64,000 bases of DNA from Raillietiella orientalis (lineage: Eukaryota), in NCBI GenBank assembly GCA_036172245.1, contig JAYWIR010000001.1:1240001-1304000 (forward strand), read 5' to 3'. A program made the position numbers and the translations under genes. The notes below the pieces were generated by a model, which was given only the letters and a program-made list of their open reading frames with translations, had not been told where the DNA came from and did no database searches. Below are positions 1-11,600 of this stretch, in pieces. The first letter of the stretch is position 1. Every line of letters starts with the position of its first letter.

Positions 1-565
1 GCGAGGCCTTCGCCACTGGACACGAGGGAGAGTGTACACTTGGTACGGCAGGTGTGGGAAGAAGGAAAACCCCCGTGCCTTCTGTTGACCCTCCGACTCC
101 TTCGGCATCGTCTCGCGGCGACCCTACGATCCCCGGTGGTTGGCGGTCCCAGGGACATTTTCAGGCGCCTCTTCGCTCGCGGTACTGCGTCCCTCGCGGT
201 CCTCTGCTGTTCTCGCGAGATCACTGTAGCCCGGAATGTAAGGAGAAGAGGCCGGAGCGGCAGGACCGGCATCCGCTGGGTGCAGATCTTCCCGAAGACC
301 ACCAGGAGATGGCCCCACCTGCGCGAGACACGGACAGAGCTTTTCAGCATCGCGAGCGGAGTGCAGAGGACACCTGGCAGCATGCTGTGTGTGATTCCTT
401 CCTCGGTCCCTGTTATGTTTGTTTATTTTTTTGGTTTTTGTTTCTTCTTCCCCCACGCTGCTGAACCGGACCTCGCCGGTCTGCGTATCTCTCTTCGGCA
501 GGTTCGTTGCACACAAATGTAATCTCATTATTCTATGTAATAAATGTTCCGGCACAACCAGGTGA
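1..565 (+). mobile_element. 3' fragment of an L1/Tx1-like non-LTR element (cut by window start)
   Basis: EDTWQHAVC (zf-RVT-like ExxxH..C), T-rich 3'UTR, then AATAAA+TGTTCCGGCACAACCAGGTG, similar to the ends at 13500, 33242 and 62339. Confidence 0.45.
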
Positions 566-569
566 CAGT

Positions 570-2530
570 TATCAGGAAAACACTGTTGGGTTCCCCGAAA
601 ACCTGCTGTCGGGATGCTGTGATCGCAACGGCAAATCCAGGATCGCAGCACGATTACATCTCGTGAATGACATCTCGGAAAAAAGGGTCTGTAGGAACAA
701 GGAAGCGGAAGGAAACCGAACGTTCGGCCGGCAGCCGCGGAACCCTCGTGGACCGCAAAATCCGGCCCTTGCCTTTCCGCTGCTTCGGGCTCGGATTCGG
801 CAAACTTTCCCTGTTGCAAGCTTGTTTTCCGGAGGCAAACACTTGGACACTTACCCTCGGTCCTGTAAAGAGTGCATCTTCATCTTGAGGGCTTGGCTCG
901 ACGCGGTCTTGGTGCGCACGTCTGTGCAAAGAAGTCCTAGGCCACGCAGCATCTAATTTTATCCGCCTAAGCCTTTTCAAACAAGGACAGTCCGTTCTCT
1001 CTTCGTTCTTTCCTGTTTTCAAGTTGTCTTAAGGATTCACGGCGGGTGACTCGATTGCTCAGAGGGTAAACATTTGATCATTGAGCGTAGCCAGCGGGGA
1101 GTGCTACAGTCGAGTCTCCTCACCATCTTGAAACAGAATGAACAAGGCTCTTCGATCCAGGGCAAACCAGTTGTCGTGAGAACCCAGAATGCATTTTTAG
1201 GAATAGAGGTCGCCAGAGATTGCAACTGCTCAATTCCGTCCACGATTTCACCCCACATCACCTCGGAAGACGCCTCGGTGCCCGGTTCCGGAGGCATCGC
1301 ACTTAACGTACAGGCGGACTGGCTGGAGAAAGCCTGACATGGCTCTCGAGCTCGCGATTCAGGATCACAGCCGATGCAGATGGCATGGTGCTCCATCCAT
1401 CTGCCAGATATCATCGCATTCCGAGGAGTGACTGAGATAGGCTGTTTCACCGATTCCTCGAACACGGCAACGCGCTTCCATCTCGAGAGTAAACACTCAG
1501 GGGCATCGTCCCTCGCCGCTTACATCCCTCGAGATCTTCACATTTTTGTTGTTCTTCTTCTTCCTTTTACTGATCTTCCCGCGTTGAAAGTGCGAAGAAC
1601 TGGACGTGGACTCTGGCGCTCGGAATCAACATAAGATCTTCGAATTCCTACAGATAGCATTCTGCTTTCCGATGAGCATTTGGAGCGAAAGAATAATCGA
1701 AACGGTTGCCGGGCAACCAAGTCAGCATCCAAAAAATAGGCAGCCTGCATCAATTCAATTATTAGTTTAGCCGCACCTGCTGGCACACGCTACGTAGTGT
1801 GGCGAAATTTCACAGCAAGCACCAGATTAATTGATCATTGTGTTCAAAGCTCTCATTAAGTGCTCCTCAACATTTGTGTACACCAAGTTGCATTGTGTGT
1901 ACCTTTCCGCCATAATTTGAATCTTTCTTTCTTTCTTTCATTTTTTTAGGTGCCCATCGTGTCGTAGATTCTGAAGACGGTTCTCCTCTTGGGCTGACTC
2001 TTTTTCAGTTTTTCTTGCCTTTACGAGAACGCGAAATCTCATCCACCCATGGATGATTTTGGTGAAACGAATTCATACCTCTTCTGCCAAGACCCTTAAA
2101 CCGAATCATCGAATATTATACAAATGTACATTGAGGCATAAGTTTGTGATATCTAAAAAATAAACGTATTCCTGAGGTGTGATCACTGTGCTCATCCCAG
2201 CAAGATCACTTGCTAAACTAATTTGATCACTGAATTCGACTGATCAGGTACATTGACATCCTGCATGACACATCGTTGAGCAGTGGACTGTAAAATTGGA
2301 CAAGCTGTTAAAAAGCAAGAATGAACACCTTAAAGTGGCCAACGGAAATGGTAATTGAACGTCAAACGAAAAATTGAGTACCAATCAATACCTAAGCCTG
2401 TTTTCGGCGGGAAATATGGTACAGAACAGTTGGAATAGCCTGACTTCCTTGGAAGGACCATTCTTTCGAGGCACTTCCTGTCAAATGTCATGGAGCATGA
2501 CCAAGAGCGTAAATACCTCCTTCTACAACA
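570..2530 (+). mobile_element. Degenerate RLE-type non-LTR retrotransposon (Utopia/NeSL-like) with an inverted internal block at about 1340-1800
   Basis: Plus strand: IAARL..KKG (RT2), SSIQGKPVVVRTQNAFLGIEV (RT7), DASVPG..IALN, then TLRHKFV, YIDI and KRKIEY (RH, RLE). Minus strand 1340-1800: FLDADLVARQPFRLFFRSKCSSE, the post-RT linker. Confidence 0.6.
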
Positions 2531-3096
2531 GTGAGCATTTTTGCGTTTGTTTGTTTGTGTTTCTTTAAGGATTCCAAAACCGTTCCCTTGGGTTCCGCTT
2601 CCTTTGGGTTCTTTCATCACTTCACCTGCTCCCAGCGTGATGAACCTTTCGGGGAGCATTCACTAGAAATTCACAATCTCAGAGTGTAAACTCCTTTGTC
2701 ATTGCCTAATCGCGCACAATTTATTCTTAAATTTTTTTCACGTATCTCTGTTTTTTTCCTCTCTCTCTCTCTCTCTCTTAGAATAACTTCAACTGCGGAA
2801 GAAAGTGAAAGTGATCGTTCTGAAAGGGTGTGCTCATCTAAAGGGCAACGAGTGCCCAATGCTAATGACCTAAGCCCTCCAGCCGTTTCTGAATATTTTC
2901 ATCTCGATTTGGAAATAAAGAAAAGAAAAGAAAAGAGGAGAAAAACAGGTCGTGGCGATGGATTGTTTCAACAAGCCATCGTCATGACTTTCTGCCTCGG
3001 TTGTGACTCTCATCAAAGCACGGTGACAGGAGACGGAAGGTGCGACTGCCTCGGAGCAAACAGAATGCGTCTCGGATCATTTTGCGCCCGAGTTTC

Positions 3097-3167
3097 AATC
3101 ACTTGGGTGATTCCATCGCAGCACTTGTCTTCTTTTCAAGTGCTGCGATGAAATCACCCGGGTGATT
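3097..3167. repeat. 31-bp-arm inverted repeat with 9-nt loop; each arm contains its own small palindrome
   Basis: AATCACTTGGGTGATTCCATCGCAGCACTTG / CAAGTGCTGCGATGAAATCACCCGGGTGATT, 28/31 complementary. Confidence 0.92.
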
Positions 3168-5256
3168 AGAACTTCTTGTGCACCGAAACTCCTTTTCAAG
3201 TTTCCATTCCGCTCGTTATTTCGGTATGCCTATCGGATGGATTCTGTGCATTCATTTGGTCAACACCTCACAAGAGTAATGAGTTTCTGGGAATCTCTTT
3301 GTTCTTTGGTCTTGTCGAAGTGAACGCCAAAGCAGCAAACAAAAGCAAGTGCCTTCTTGGAGAATTCCCGACAAAGCCCGACGGCAGCAGATCCAGGAAA
3401 GATGAAACAAGGGCCGCTCCGAAGAGCATTCATCTGTAGTCACCCTCAGTGTTCCCAAACGCACGGAAGGCGAATCGAGCTCTGAACCTGTGAGCCATCC
3501 GCCGGCACCGGCTTGTACGGTACCTCTCCTCCTGAGTGTTCAGTGCGATGCTCTCCTGATGTACCGTTGATACAGAACACCAAAATTTCTCAGAACGCAT
3601 GTTGATTTTCAGTTACGTCCGTCCGACCCGTTGCTAAGGGAAACGCGCAGGGGTCGAAACACCCGTCTGCAAGGAACTGTGCCCGAGCTGTTTCCATTCC
3701 GTAATTCCTCGAATCGTTTTTTGAAGAGTTTTGAAGATGGGAATTCCAGTATGCGGAAGAAACCTCCGAAAAGGTCACTCATGCGTCCCCAAGAAGAAAT
3801 AAGCAAAACATTTGGTGCTATCAGAGAATAAGGAAGGCTCATGGAACATGAGGAAAGGAAGGAGCGAACCGAAGACTTTCTTCAAGAAATTCTCATTCTT
3901 CAGTTCTTATGCTTTTTCCATCTGCACCTCTGCTCGGTCACATGCCGCGAGTATTTGCTTACTGGTTTGCAGATCTCTGCGTGCCGATGTTCACCACGTG
4001 GATCTGGATCAGGAACTCAGGAGAGGATGCAGACGAAAGCCGTCAGGATTGACACGGATCTTCAGTTGTCGCAACGCACATCGAGGTGAACTTTCCGTCC
4101 AGAAGGAACATCTCTCAGCCACAATCCGCCATGACCTCGAATCATCGTTCAGGCTTCACCTTTTGCATCCACGTTGGGGAAGAAAGAAAGTCTTGCCAAT
4201 AATGAATGACCTCAAAAGCACCTGCAGAGGCTGTGAAAGATGCGCTGCAGAGAGCGGAATGTCTTCAGAGAGGCTGAACTTGCAGTAGAAACAACGAGGC
4301 CATTTCGAAAAGACAAGTGCTCTCCCGAATTCATTGCGGCTCTCGTTAGTTCATGAGCCATGCAAATTGCGACGGGAGGTGGGGGGATGACTATTTCAAC
4401 GGGACGCGCGCAACGAGACTTCGCAGATTCCGTGCACACCGTCAAACTCTCACGTCGCAACGTAATGGAAAATCGGATGTGGACCAAAGGAGGATTTTTC
4501 TTGCAAGGCTCGTTTTCGAACCAAAGTGCTTGAATTGCACGTCGCCTGACCTTGGGAGTTGAAGCTGCCAGAGCAGCATTGCATCCTGTGACTACTCCAC
4601 TCGTTACCCGTTTTGTGGCGGGAGCAAAGAATGTTCCAGTGCTTTGGATTGCGAGACCTCTTCTTGGGAGGGGTACCTGGGAGCACGCTTGGAGGCGAAT
4701 TTCGCACCCGTGACTCCACGAAGTCGGAAACCCTGGCAAACGCACATTTAGTTAATTACTGGACCGTTAGCGAAGGATTAGACAAAGCCGATCTTTCATG
4801 AGTGAAAAGGCCAAGCAGGAAGAAGAGATGCGATCATTTGTCCAGCAACTTGCGGAGGATGAATCCTTAGCGTCACTGGAGCGCCGTACACAAAGTGCCG
4901 GGCAAGTTGACCTGGCAGCCGCTACTCGGAAAGTGTATCGCACTTGACACGCAGAGTGCGAAGCACTGAGAGTCGGACGACAGACGTGCGCGTGATCTTC
5001 CGCTTTCGTCAGCAGTCCTTCCAGACTTTGCTCCACACTCGCGGAACGGGGGAGAGCGGAAAAAAAAAACTGCCTCTCTCTTCCCAAGAGAGACAGAAGC
5101 AGATCCGTATGCTTCGGCATTTCAGAGGGTCTCTGCTGCCCAGTGCGTAGGATTCACGAGTGCAAATTGCGATGTTGCGACCCATTTTGACTTTCCCTTT
5201 TCTTCAAGCTCCCTACAGATTGTCGTCCGAAGTTGCCAGATGGCATTGGCTGAATA

Positions 5257-5297
5257 TCTCCAGGCACTAGATAGTTCCCAGGCCTAGTGCCTGGAGA
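5257..5297. repeat. Perfect 14-bp inverted repeat with 13-nt loop
   Basis: TCTCCAGGCACTAG-atagttcccaggc-CTAGTGCCTGGAGA. Confidence 0.92.
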
Positions 5298-5619
5298 GAG
5301 GGGCTCGTCTGCTGAACCGAATAGCGAGATTCTTTGCCAGTATTCTCTGCCTCTTCCGGAAGGACGACAATCTTCTTTGAGTCATTGTAGTCTACTCACA
5401 GGAACACAGCACAGAGGAACGCCTTAACGGTGTTGAAGATGCCCATTGAAGGCAGAAGAGAATCAAATTCTTCTAAGGAACTGGCAAGCCTGTCGAAGTC
5501 AAGCAAGAAGGGGGTGCTAGAGAAATTGAAAAGAGTGTGAGCAGAGTGCGAAACGCTGCTGCCTTCTTCAAGGATTGGATCGGATGAGTGCAGACCTCCA
5601 CTCAGAGGCTCATGAATCT

Positions 5620-5825
5620 TCAGTTCTCTTTCTCTCCCTCTTTTTGTTTCCCCTCCTTGACTGATTTTTCATTTGGATCTTCCCTCCTTCCCTTCCTCCT
5701 CCTCATTCTCTTCCTTTCCTCTTCCTCTCTTCCTCCTCCACCAAATGTTCCCTTTTTCCTTCTCCTCTTCCTCCGTTCTTCCTTCTCTTCCTTCTCCCTT
5801 TCTTCTCCCTTCCTCCTCATTTTAT
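5620..5825. repeat. Polypyrimidine (CT/CCT) low-complexity tract
   Basis: Almost exclusively C/T on the plus strand; marks the left edge of the GC-rich block. Confidence 0.85.
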
Positions 5826-5899
5826 CGTCGCTGTGGCCACCGCCCCCACGTCTCCATATTCGTCGCCGTCGCCGCCGCCATGATGGCCGTGGCCTTCAT

Positions 5900-8800
5900 C
5901 GTCTTCTCCCCCATATCCATCGTCCGAATTTTTATCAGAGTGCGGTGAACCTCCTCAAGGAAGCCCGTCCGCGCGGGAAAACCGCTTTCTCTCAGCTCGC
6001 CGAGGAGCCAACAGTTCTGCTGCTATTCCTAAAAGACCTTTTTCCCGTCTCGCGCTCTCCTATCAGACAAGGGACCCGCCCACTCGCCACTACTGCTTCT
6101 CGGGTCGCTGAGAGCCTGGATCGGAGGCTGCCTCCGAATTCTGAACGTCCAACCCGACCGTCTCTGTGCCGGTGCCAACATTCTAAGGGAAGCTTCCGGA
6201 AGCTGCTCCTGAAAATCTTGCCTGTCCGCCTATACGTGACTGGGACCAACGCCCCGGAGCGAGCTCCGAGGGACAGCCGTCAGACCTTGGTTCGCGCCCC
6301 TCCGAGAGCCCTGCAGCATACACGGTCACGTGCAGGCAGGTTCGCGCCACTCCAACTGCAAAACACCTCGCTGCCAGGTGCCTTCCCTCACAGGGGCGAA
6401 ATTTCAGGAGAGGACTTACCCCGCGCCCGGCAAAGCGCGCCTGCGGCAACCTCTCGAGAATTAACGTCAGAGTCCCCGAGATGCTGGCGTCCTGAGGCTC
6501 CTGAAGTCCACCAAAGCTCGGCCTGCGTCTGTTCGGGAAACTTCCCACTTGAGGGAGTTCCGAAAGGGGAAGAGCCGGGAATTTTCTGATGCCCGCCACC
6601 TCACCTCTTTGACCTCTCAGAACTGCGGTGTGCATCCGGCAACGGGGCAGGGGGAGGTTTCGTTGGGACCCCGATGGAGAGCCCTCCGATCCCGCGTATC
6701 CAGATCGGGACCAGACTTCCGAAAGCTGGAATATGGAAAACGGTCCTTCCTGGAAGAGACGCGGGCCTGCAGCGGTACTCCGGTGAAGACGAGCCGTCGT
6801 GGCTGCTGCCGGGAGTGGACACGGCGGTGGAACAGGCGAGGGCGATGCGCTGCTCACGGGAGGCGGAGACCCGCCTCCGGCGCGATCGCTTCCGGCATTC
6901 CCGCGGTGTGAAGGCCCCCTGTGACCCTCGGAGGCTCGCTGGTCGGGTCGGCGGAGACGATGAGGGAGCTCGAGAGGAAGAGAGGAGGTGGCAGCTGTTC
7001 CTTGGCTGCTTCCCTTCCCATCCTCCCCAGTTGCGCTTCGGAGAGGCTCGCCGTTGTCCTTATGCACGGAGCGGGAGCGCGACCTTCCCCATCCCCTGCA
7101 CGGGAAACCCCACACACCGACCTAGGGAGGCCCTGAGAACCTTTCCGGGCTTTACCATCTAGGACGGCTCCGGGTCGACCGGTGCGCATTCCCGGGGGAA
7201 TGCGCATCGGAGAATTTCCGGCTCCCGGAAGCGTGCCTCCGTACCCAAACTGGTGCGCCCGCCCGGGTCCGGGCGATGGGGCCGAGTAGGGGGAGGGGGA
7301 GCGACCCAGACCTCTTTCCGGCAGCTTCTTCGACGCGCACCCGGCCGGTTTCCTGCCCGGCGGGCATGGCGAGGGGGTGTCAGCGGGTCAGAAGACGGAT
7401 GGACGCCTCCTTCCTTCCCTCCGGGCTCTGAGGCCGCCCCACCGACCCCACGGCTGTTTCTCCCGCGCCCCGCCCACCCACGCACTGAGCACCCCTCCTG
7501 ACGGAAGAGCCGGCCGCGGTCACGGCCACGCCGCGAAGGGCCGATGAATGGGAACCCTCGGAAGTCCGCCCGGGAAGGCAGCTGCCGCTCCAAGCGGACC
7601 GGAAGCGATTTCCATGGTTCCGAGGCCGGAAGCTGGTCGCGCGCGGAACGGCGGAAACGGGGGCACGCCGTCCTGGGCGTACGGGCCGGAGGGACGGGGA
7701 GGCAGCGGACCGCGCGTTGCAAAGCGGAAGCTCATGCTCGGAAAAGGTGGCGCGGAGAGGAGCCCCGGGTTTCGCCTCCAGGCAGCGTGAGCTGGAAGGA
7801 GGAGCCTTCCGGGAGAAAAAACCCGCCGGCTCGGGGGTGAGTTTCGGTCGCTTTCCTCCTTCCCCCTCCTGAGGATAGGGGAAGGCAAAACCGCTCTAGT
7901 CTCCGCCACTACTACCGCACGAGAGAGGGCGGTCTCCTCTCCAGTGGAGGTGGAGGCACCTCGCCGAGGGCCTCTGCTGCCAGAGCGGAGGTGGCGCCGC
8001 TGCCGGAGGACGCCCAAGGACAGAGTCGTCCGGAAGAGCAGCGGGGTGTGACGAGAGAGAGGCCAGAGGGTGGGGGGGAGACTTCTCGGCCGGCCATCCC
8101 GTGCGCCACCGGAGCAGCAGGCAAGGCGACTGCGGGCGAGGTCCGGCGAGCCATGACCCCGGGGAGACGCACCCCTTTCCCCTTCCTTTCTCGGACGATC
8201 CCAGAAAAGATGCGGCTGTGACGGAATGCTGCGTCTCCGTGCCATCGTGAGATTGCGCGCCGGAGTCCCGGGCGCAGAGGGCGGGAGATGGTCTCTCGCT
8301 TTCCCACGAGGTGGGGTGGCCCCGTCCGGGCGGAGAGGTCACCAGTTGCAGGAATGCACTAGCGGCTCCAACGCCCTTTTCTGTTCCTTTACTGATCTGC
8401 CTTCCCACTCGGGACTTACTGGGTGACCGACCCGCGTGCCGGTAACCCCCCTTCCTGTTTCGCGAGTTCCCTGCCAGTTGACCTGGAAGGAGTCCTCGGT
8501 TGGCTGCTGCGGCTTTCCCCGTCGAACGAACGTCCCGGCGCGACCTCCTCGCCTCGAACAGCAGCTACGCCATCCATTTCAAACAAAGAAGTGGAACCGT
8601 GGGCAGAGGGGGCCGACATGTGCCGGCCCAGACCCAAGGGTGCTGTCCGGGTAAGGGATGGAACCAAGGCAGATTCCTGGGGGCTCGCGTCGGACAGAAA
8701 AGGGGAAAGGTGTTCCCATCAGGGTGTTCACCGACCAGCCGGCAAGGGAGAGCTCCCCAAGGTCACGCTTTTTCCCACGGGACCCACGCCTGCACGAAGA

Positions 8801-11600
8801 GGGAACGGCGGGCGCAACGTGCGGCGTCCCGAGTCCCGAGGGCATCGGCAGTACCAGCAGCAGATGGGCCGCGGCTCCCACGGGCGCCGCCGTGGGAGCC
8901 GGGCCGGAGCAGGAAGTCAGGGCGAGCAGCACCCCCTTCCTCCTCGCAAGGGGCAGCGGGGTCCAGAAAGTTTCCCAGGACGCCCGGGCGGGTGGCGCGC
9001 GCCCCTCGGCAGGGTTGTCGCGACTGCCCGAGGTGGTGCGCCGGACGGAGCACCGGAGCAGATGCTCAGGCTGGATTGGGAGTCACCTCCCTCCCTCCCT
9101 CCCACCTCCTTCTTGTTCCAGGGTGCAGGTCGGTCGGTTCTTTCGCCTCTGAAGATCTCTCCCTCTTCTGAAACTGCGGATGCTGCAGTCTGGACCGAGC
9201 AGGTGGGTCATGCTGGAATTTCTCAAGCAGAGGAACCCCTTCCGATCCCCTGAAGCCTGTCCTCATGGCAACGCCACATCCTTCCCGAAAGGGGAGCCGT
9301 TGGTTGGCGGAGGGAGTCGTGCGATTCCCCCTTGGTCTAGAAGACTTGGGATCTCTGTTCTTCTTCCCGACGCAACGCTGCCACTCTCCGTGCGGTCCAG
9401 TCAGAAGTGCCTGGAAGTGGGCAGAACCCACTTCCTGTAGGGCGTTAGAGCCTCGGTTTAAAATTTCCGATCCTCCCAAAAGAAAATCTACACTGATTTC
9501 TCCCTCCCTCTCTGACTGCGCGCAGCGTTCCTCAGCCTCTTCACCTACGGAGGTGGCAGGAAAGGCGCTTGAGAGGCGCACATTCTCGCCGGGACACCTG
9601 TCCGTTTTCAGGCAATGGAACTTCCTCGGGCTTGCAGCTCAGTGAGGTGTTGGGGCTGCTCCCACCCATTTCACTTCAGAGGAGCCGGGCAGGCATGGCT
9701 GGACCAGCCGGTCTGGAGTGCCCGGGACCTCCCTGCCCTCAGCTTCCGAAACCCGCTGCTGACGCTGCACGGCCACCGCTTCGCATCTCGACTCCTTGCG
9801 AGGCCTCCTGGCTGATCTGGAATGCCGCCCGGCTCACCTGGACCAGTCGGTACTGCGGCGGGGTGAACGGAGCGACCGGGAGATGAGCGGGCGACGAAGA
9901 AAGCGGGTCCGAATGCTGCAACAACTGCACCTTCGGGGCTCGAGCTGGGGGAACGCCTCCCCACCTAACAGTTCCACGTCCTTTTCATTTGTGGCCTGCA
10001 TCCTTCGCTATCCTCCCTGCTTGAGGATTTCGAGCACACTCCAGGAAAATTCCCGTTGGATCTGGATGTGGATGAAGTGGTCCACGGACCGAGTCTTTGT
10101 TGAGTTTCTCCCAAAAACGAGGGGGAAAAAAGGAAAGGAAAGGAAGCGCAAGGATTTGAAATGACGGTTACCGCAGGGATTCCTGTCGCGGGGGACCAAT
10201 GGGGAGTCGGGCAGCCGGCCTGCGCGCTCTGCCCGAACTGCTTGATGGCGAATTAACGGCGGAGCGTGGCGCCTCCGCGGCGTGGCCCTGGCGGCCGGCT
10301 AATCAGAATTTAAAAGCCGCTCCAACGAGTGCGCTCTCGTGGGCTGCACGGCTGGGAGGGGCCGGCGGGAGTGCCCGTTTGAACCGGCGCAGATGGCGGC
10401 GTCCGTTCGAGCCCTTGCGGCGCGGTCGCAGGGAGGTGCTGCAACGCGCCGCTTCCAGAGGGAGAGAGGGAGGGAGGGAAAAGACCGCGCGCCGAGAGCG
10501 GCACGGAGCCGCCCGTCCAACAGCTGCTGAGCGCGAAGAAACGCCGAAGAGGGACCATTGGAGAGGCGCAAACCACTACCCTCCCCTCCCTTTCCACCCT
10601 TAAGATGGGTAGGAAGCCTCTCACCTTGTATTTGCGTCTCTTGTTGTTGTGGTGGGGGCCTCCTGGAGCCAGCGCGCACCGCGGCGCTGAGAAGAGACGC
10701 CGTGGCGTGGGAGGAGGCGATTCTTTCGGAGGAGGAAAGGGTGGTTCTATGAGGCCTGCGCGTGAGGAGCGGTGCGAAGCGCGCACGGATGGACGCAGCA
10801 TTCCGTCCGTCGCGCTCAAGGCGTCCCTCGTTGGGGTCCTAGGCCTTCCTCCTCTCCGGCCTACCACAAGGTCACCGCGAGCGCGCGAGCAAGGCGGCAG
10901 GATTTTCACGTGCGTTCGCCAGTGCTGCCGCGCTAGAGGGAAGCGGCGTTGCCGGGGGCAACCTGCCTTTTTCCTAGCATCGGAGGACGGAAGGGAACTT
11001 AGTCGGCGAGCCTCGTGAGTCGCAATCCGGTTACAACGCACGTTTTCATTGCGTTGCTTCCGCCAGCGCGCGAGAAGAACGAGAGCGAAAGTGAGGGATG
11101 GCGCGAGCGTTTCGCTCCTCGAAGGACCTACTTCTCTTCTCGCTTCGCGCGCTCCATGGTTCTTCCTGCTTCGGAAAGGCTGACCATGCGTGCATGGCGA
11201 TCACATTGGCAAAGGAAGAAGCGGAAGCTGCGGGCTGTTTCCTTCCTACCCTCCCCTGCTGCTCTGCCGCACCTCGCCCAGCACCTCGCTATTCGATGGT
11301 CTGCTACAGCCGTCGCCGCCACAGCCGACTTTTGGGAACTTCCTGGCTGTGCCCTCTCGAGACCCCGGCGGCGGAACGTGGATAAACCGAAGCAGGCGTG
11401 GACGCAGAATGCAGCCTCAAACCCATCTGTCGTTGCTGGATCCGTCGATGCAGCCAGAGGGCACCTCGAGAGAGGTTGGTTGACTGGACAGACCACTCCG
11501 GGCTAGTGATTCCTCCTCCCGGGTCAGTTCCATCGGTTTCGGGACGGTACTCGCGGGTTCTTCATGACTGTGAATTTTATTTATTTCGTTTTATTTATTC
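5900..11600 (+). mobile_element. Degenerate L1/Tx1-like element (APE + RT + 3' region), frameshifted, with a probable inverted linker block at about 7900-8300
   Basis: LTSQNCG...FLEETR (APE start ~6600), LPPRKG..GWRAPL (RT1 ~8950), SCRALEP (RT4 ~9440), TSSGLQLSE (RT6 ~9630), GVLGLP (~10835), T-rich tail ~11580. SRWHGD..IF linker lies on the minus strand ~8200. Confidence 0.55.

Larger units (their letters stand above)
2950..5590 (-). mobile_element. Degenerate Utopia/NeSL-like non-LTR element with a probable inverted block at about 3560-3850
   Basis: Minus strand: KCAFARVS (RT3), VTSGVVTGC (RT4), HLSFRNGLVVSTAS (RT5-like), PET..EVL and RHTEI (knuckle/RH). Plus strand: LRPSDPLLRE..FLKSFEDG, linker-like. 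Confidence 0.5.

Noticed and set aside
1665-1700. Hammerhead-like core CCGATGAG...CGAAA
   Set aside because: The core deviates from CUGANGA, stem II is only 2 bp, stems I/III are not evident, and the opposite strand reads as retroelement linker protein.
10191-10310. HDV-like ribozyme pattern (GGGGACCA...GCC-TCCGC-GGC-GTGGCCCT-GG...GCTAA)
   Set aside because: P2 cannot form, L3 is too short, P1 has a mismatch, and the site is not at an element 5' end; chance in GC-rich DNA is likely.
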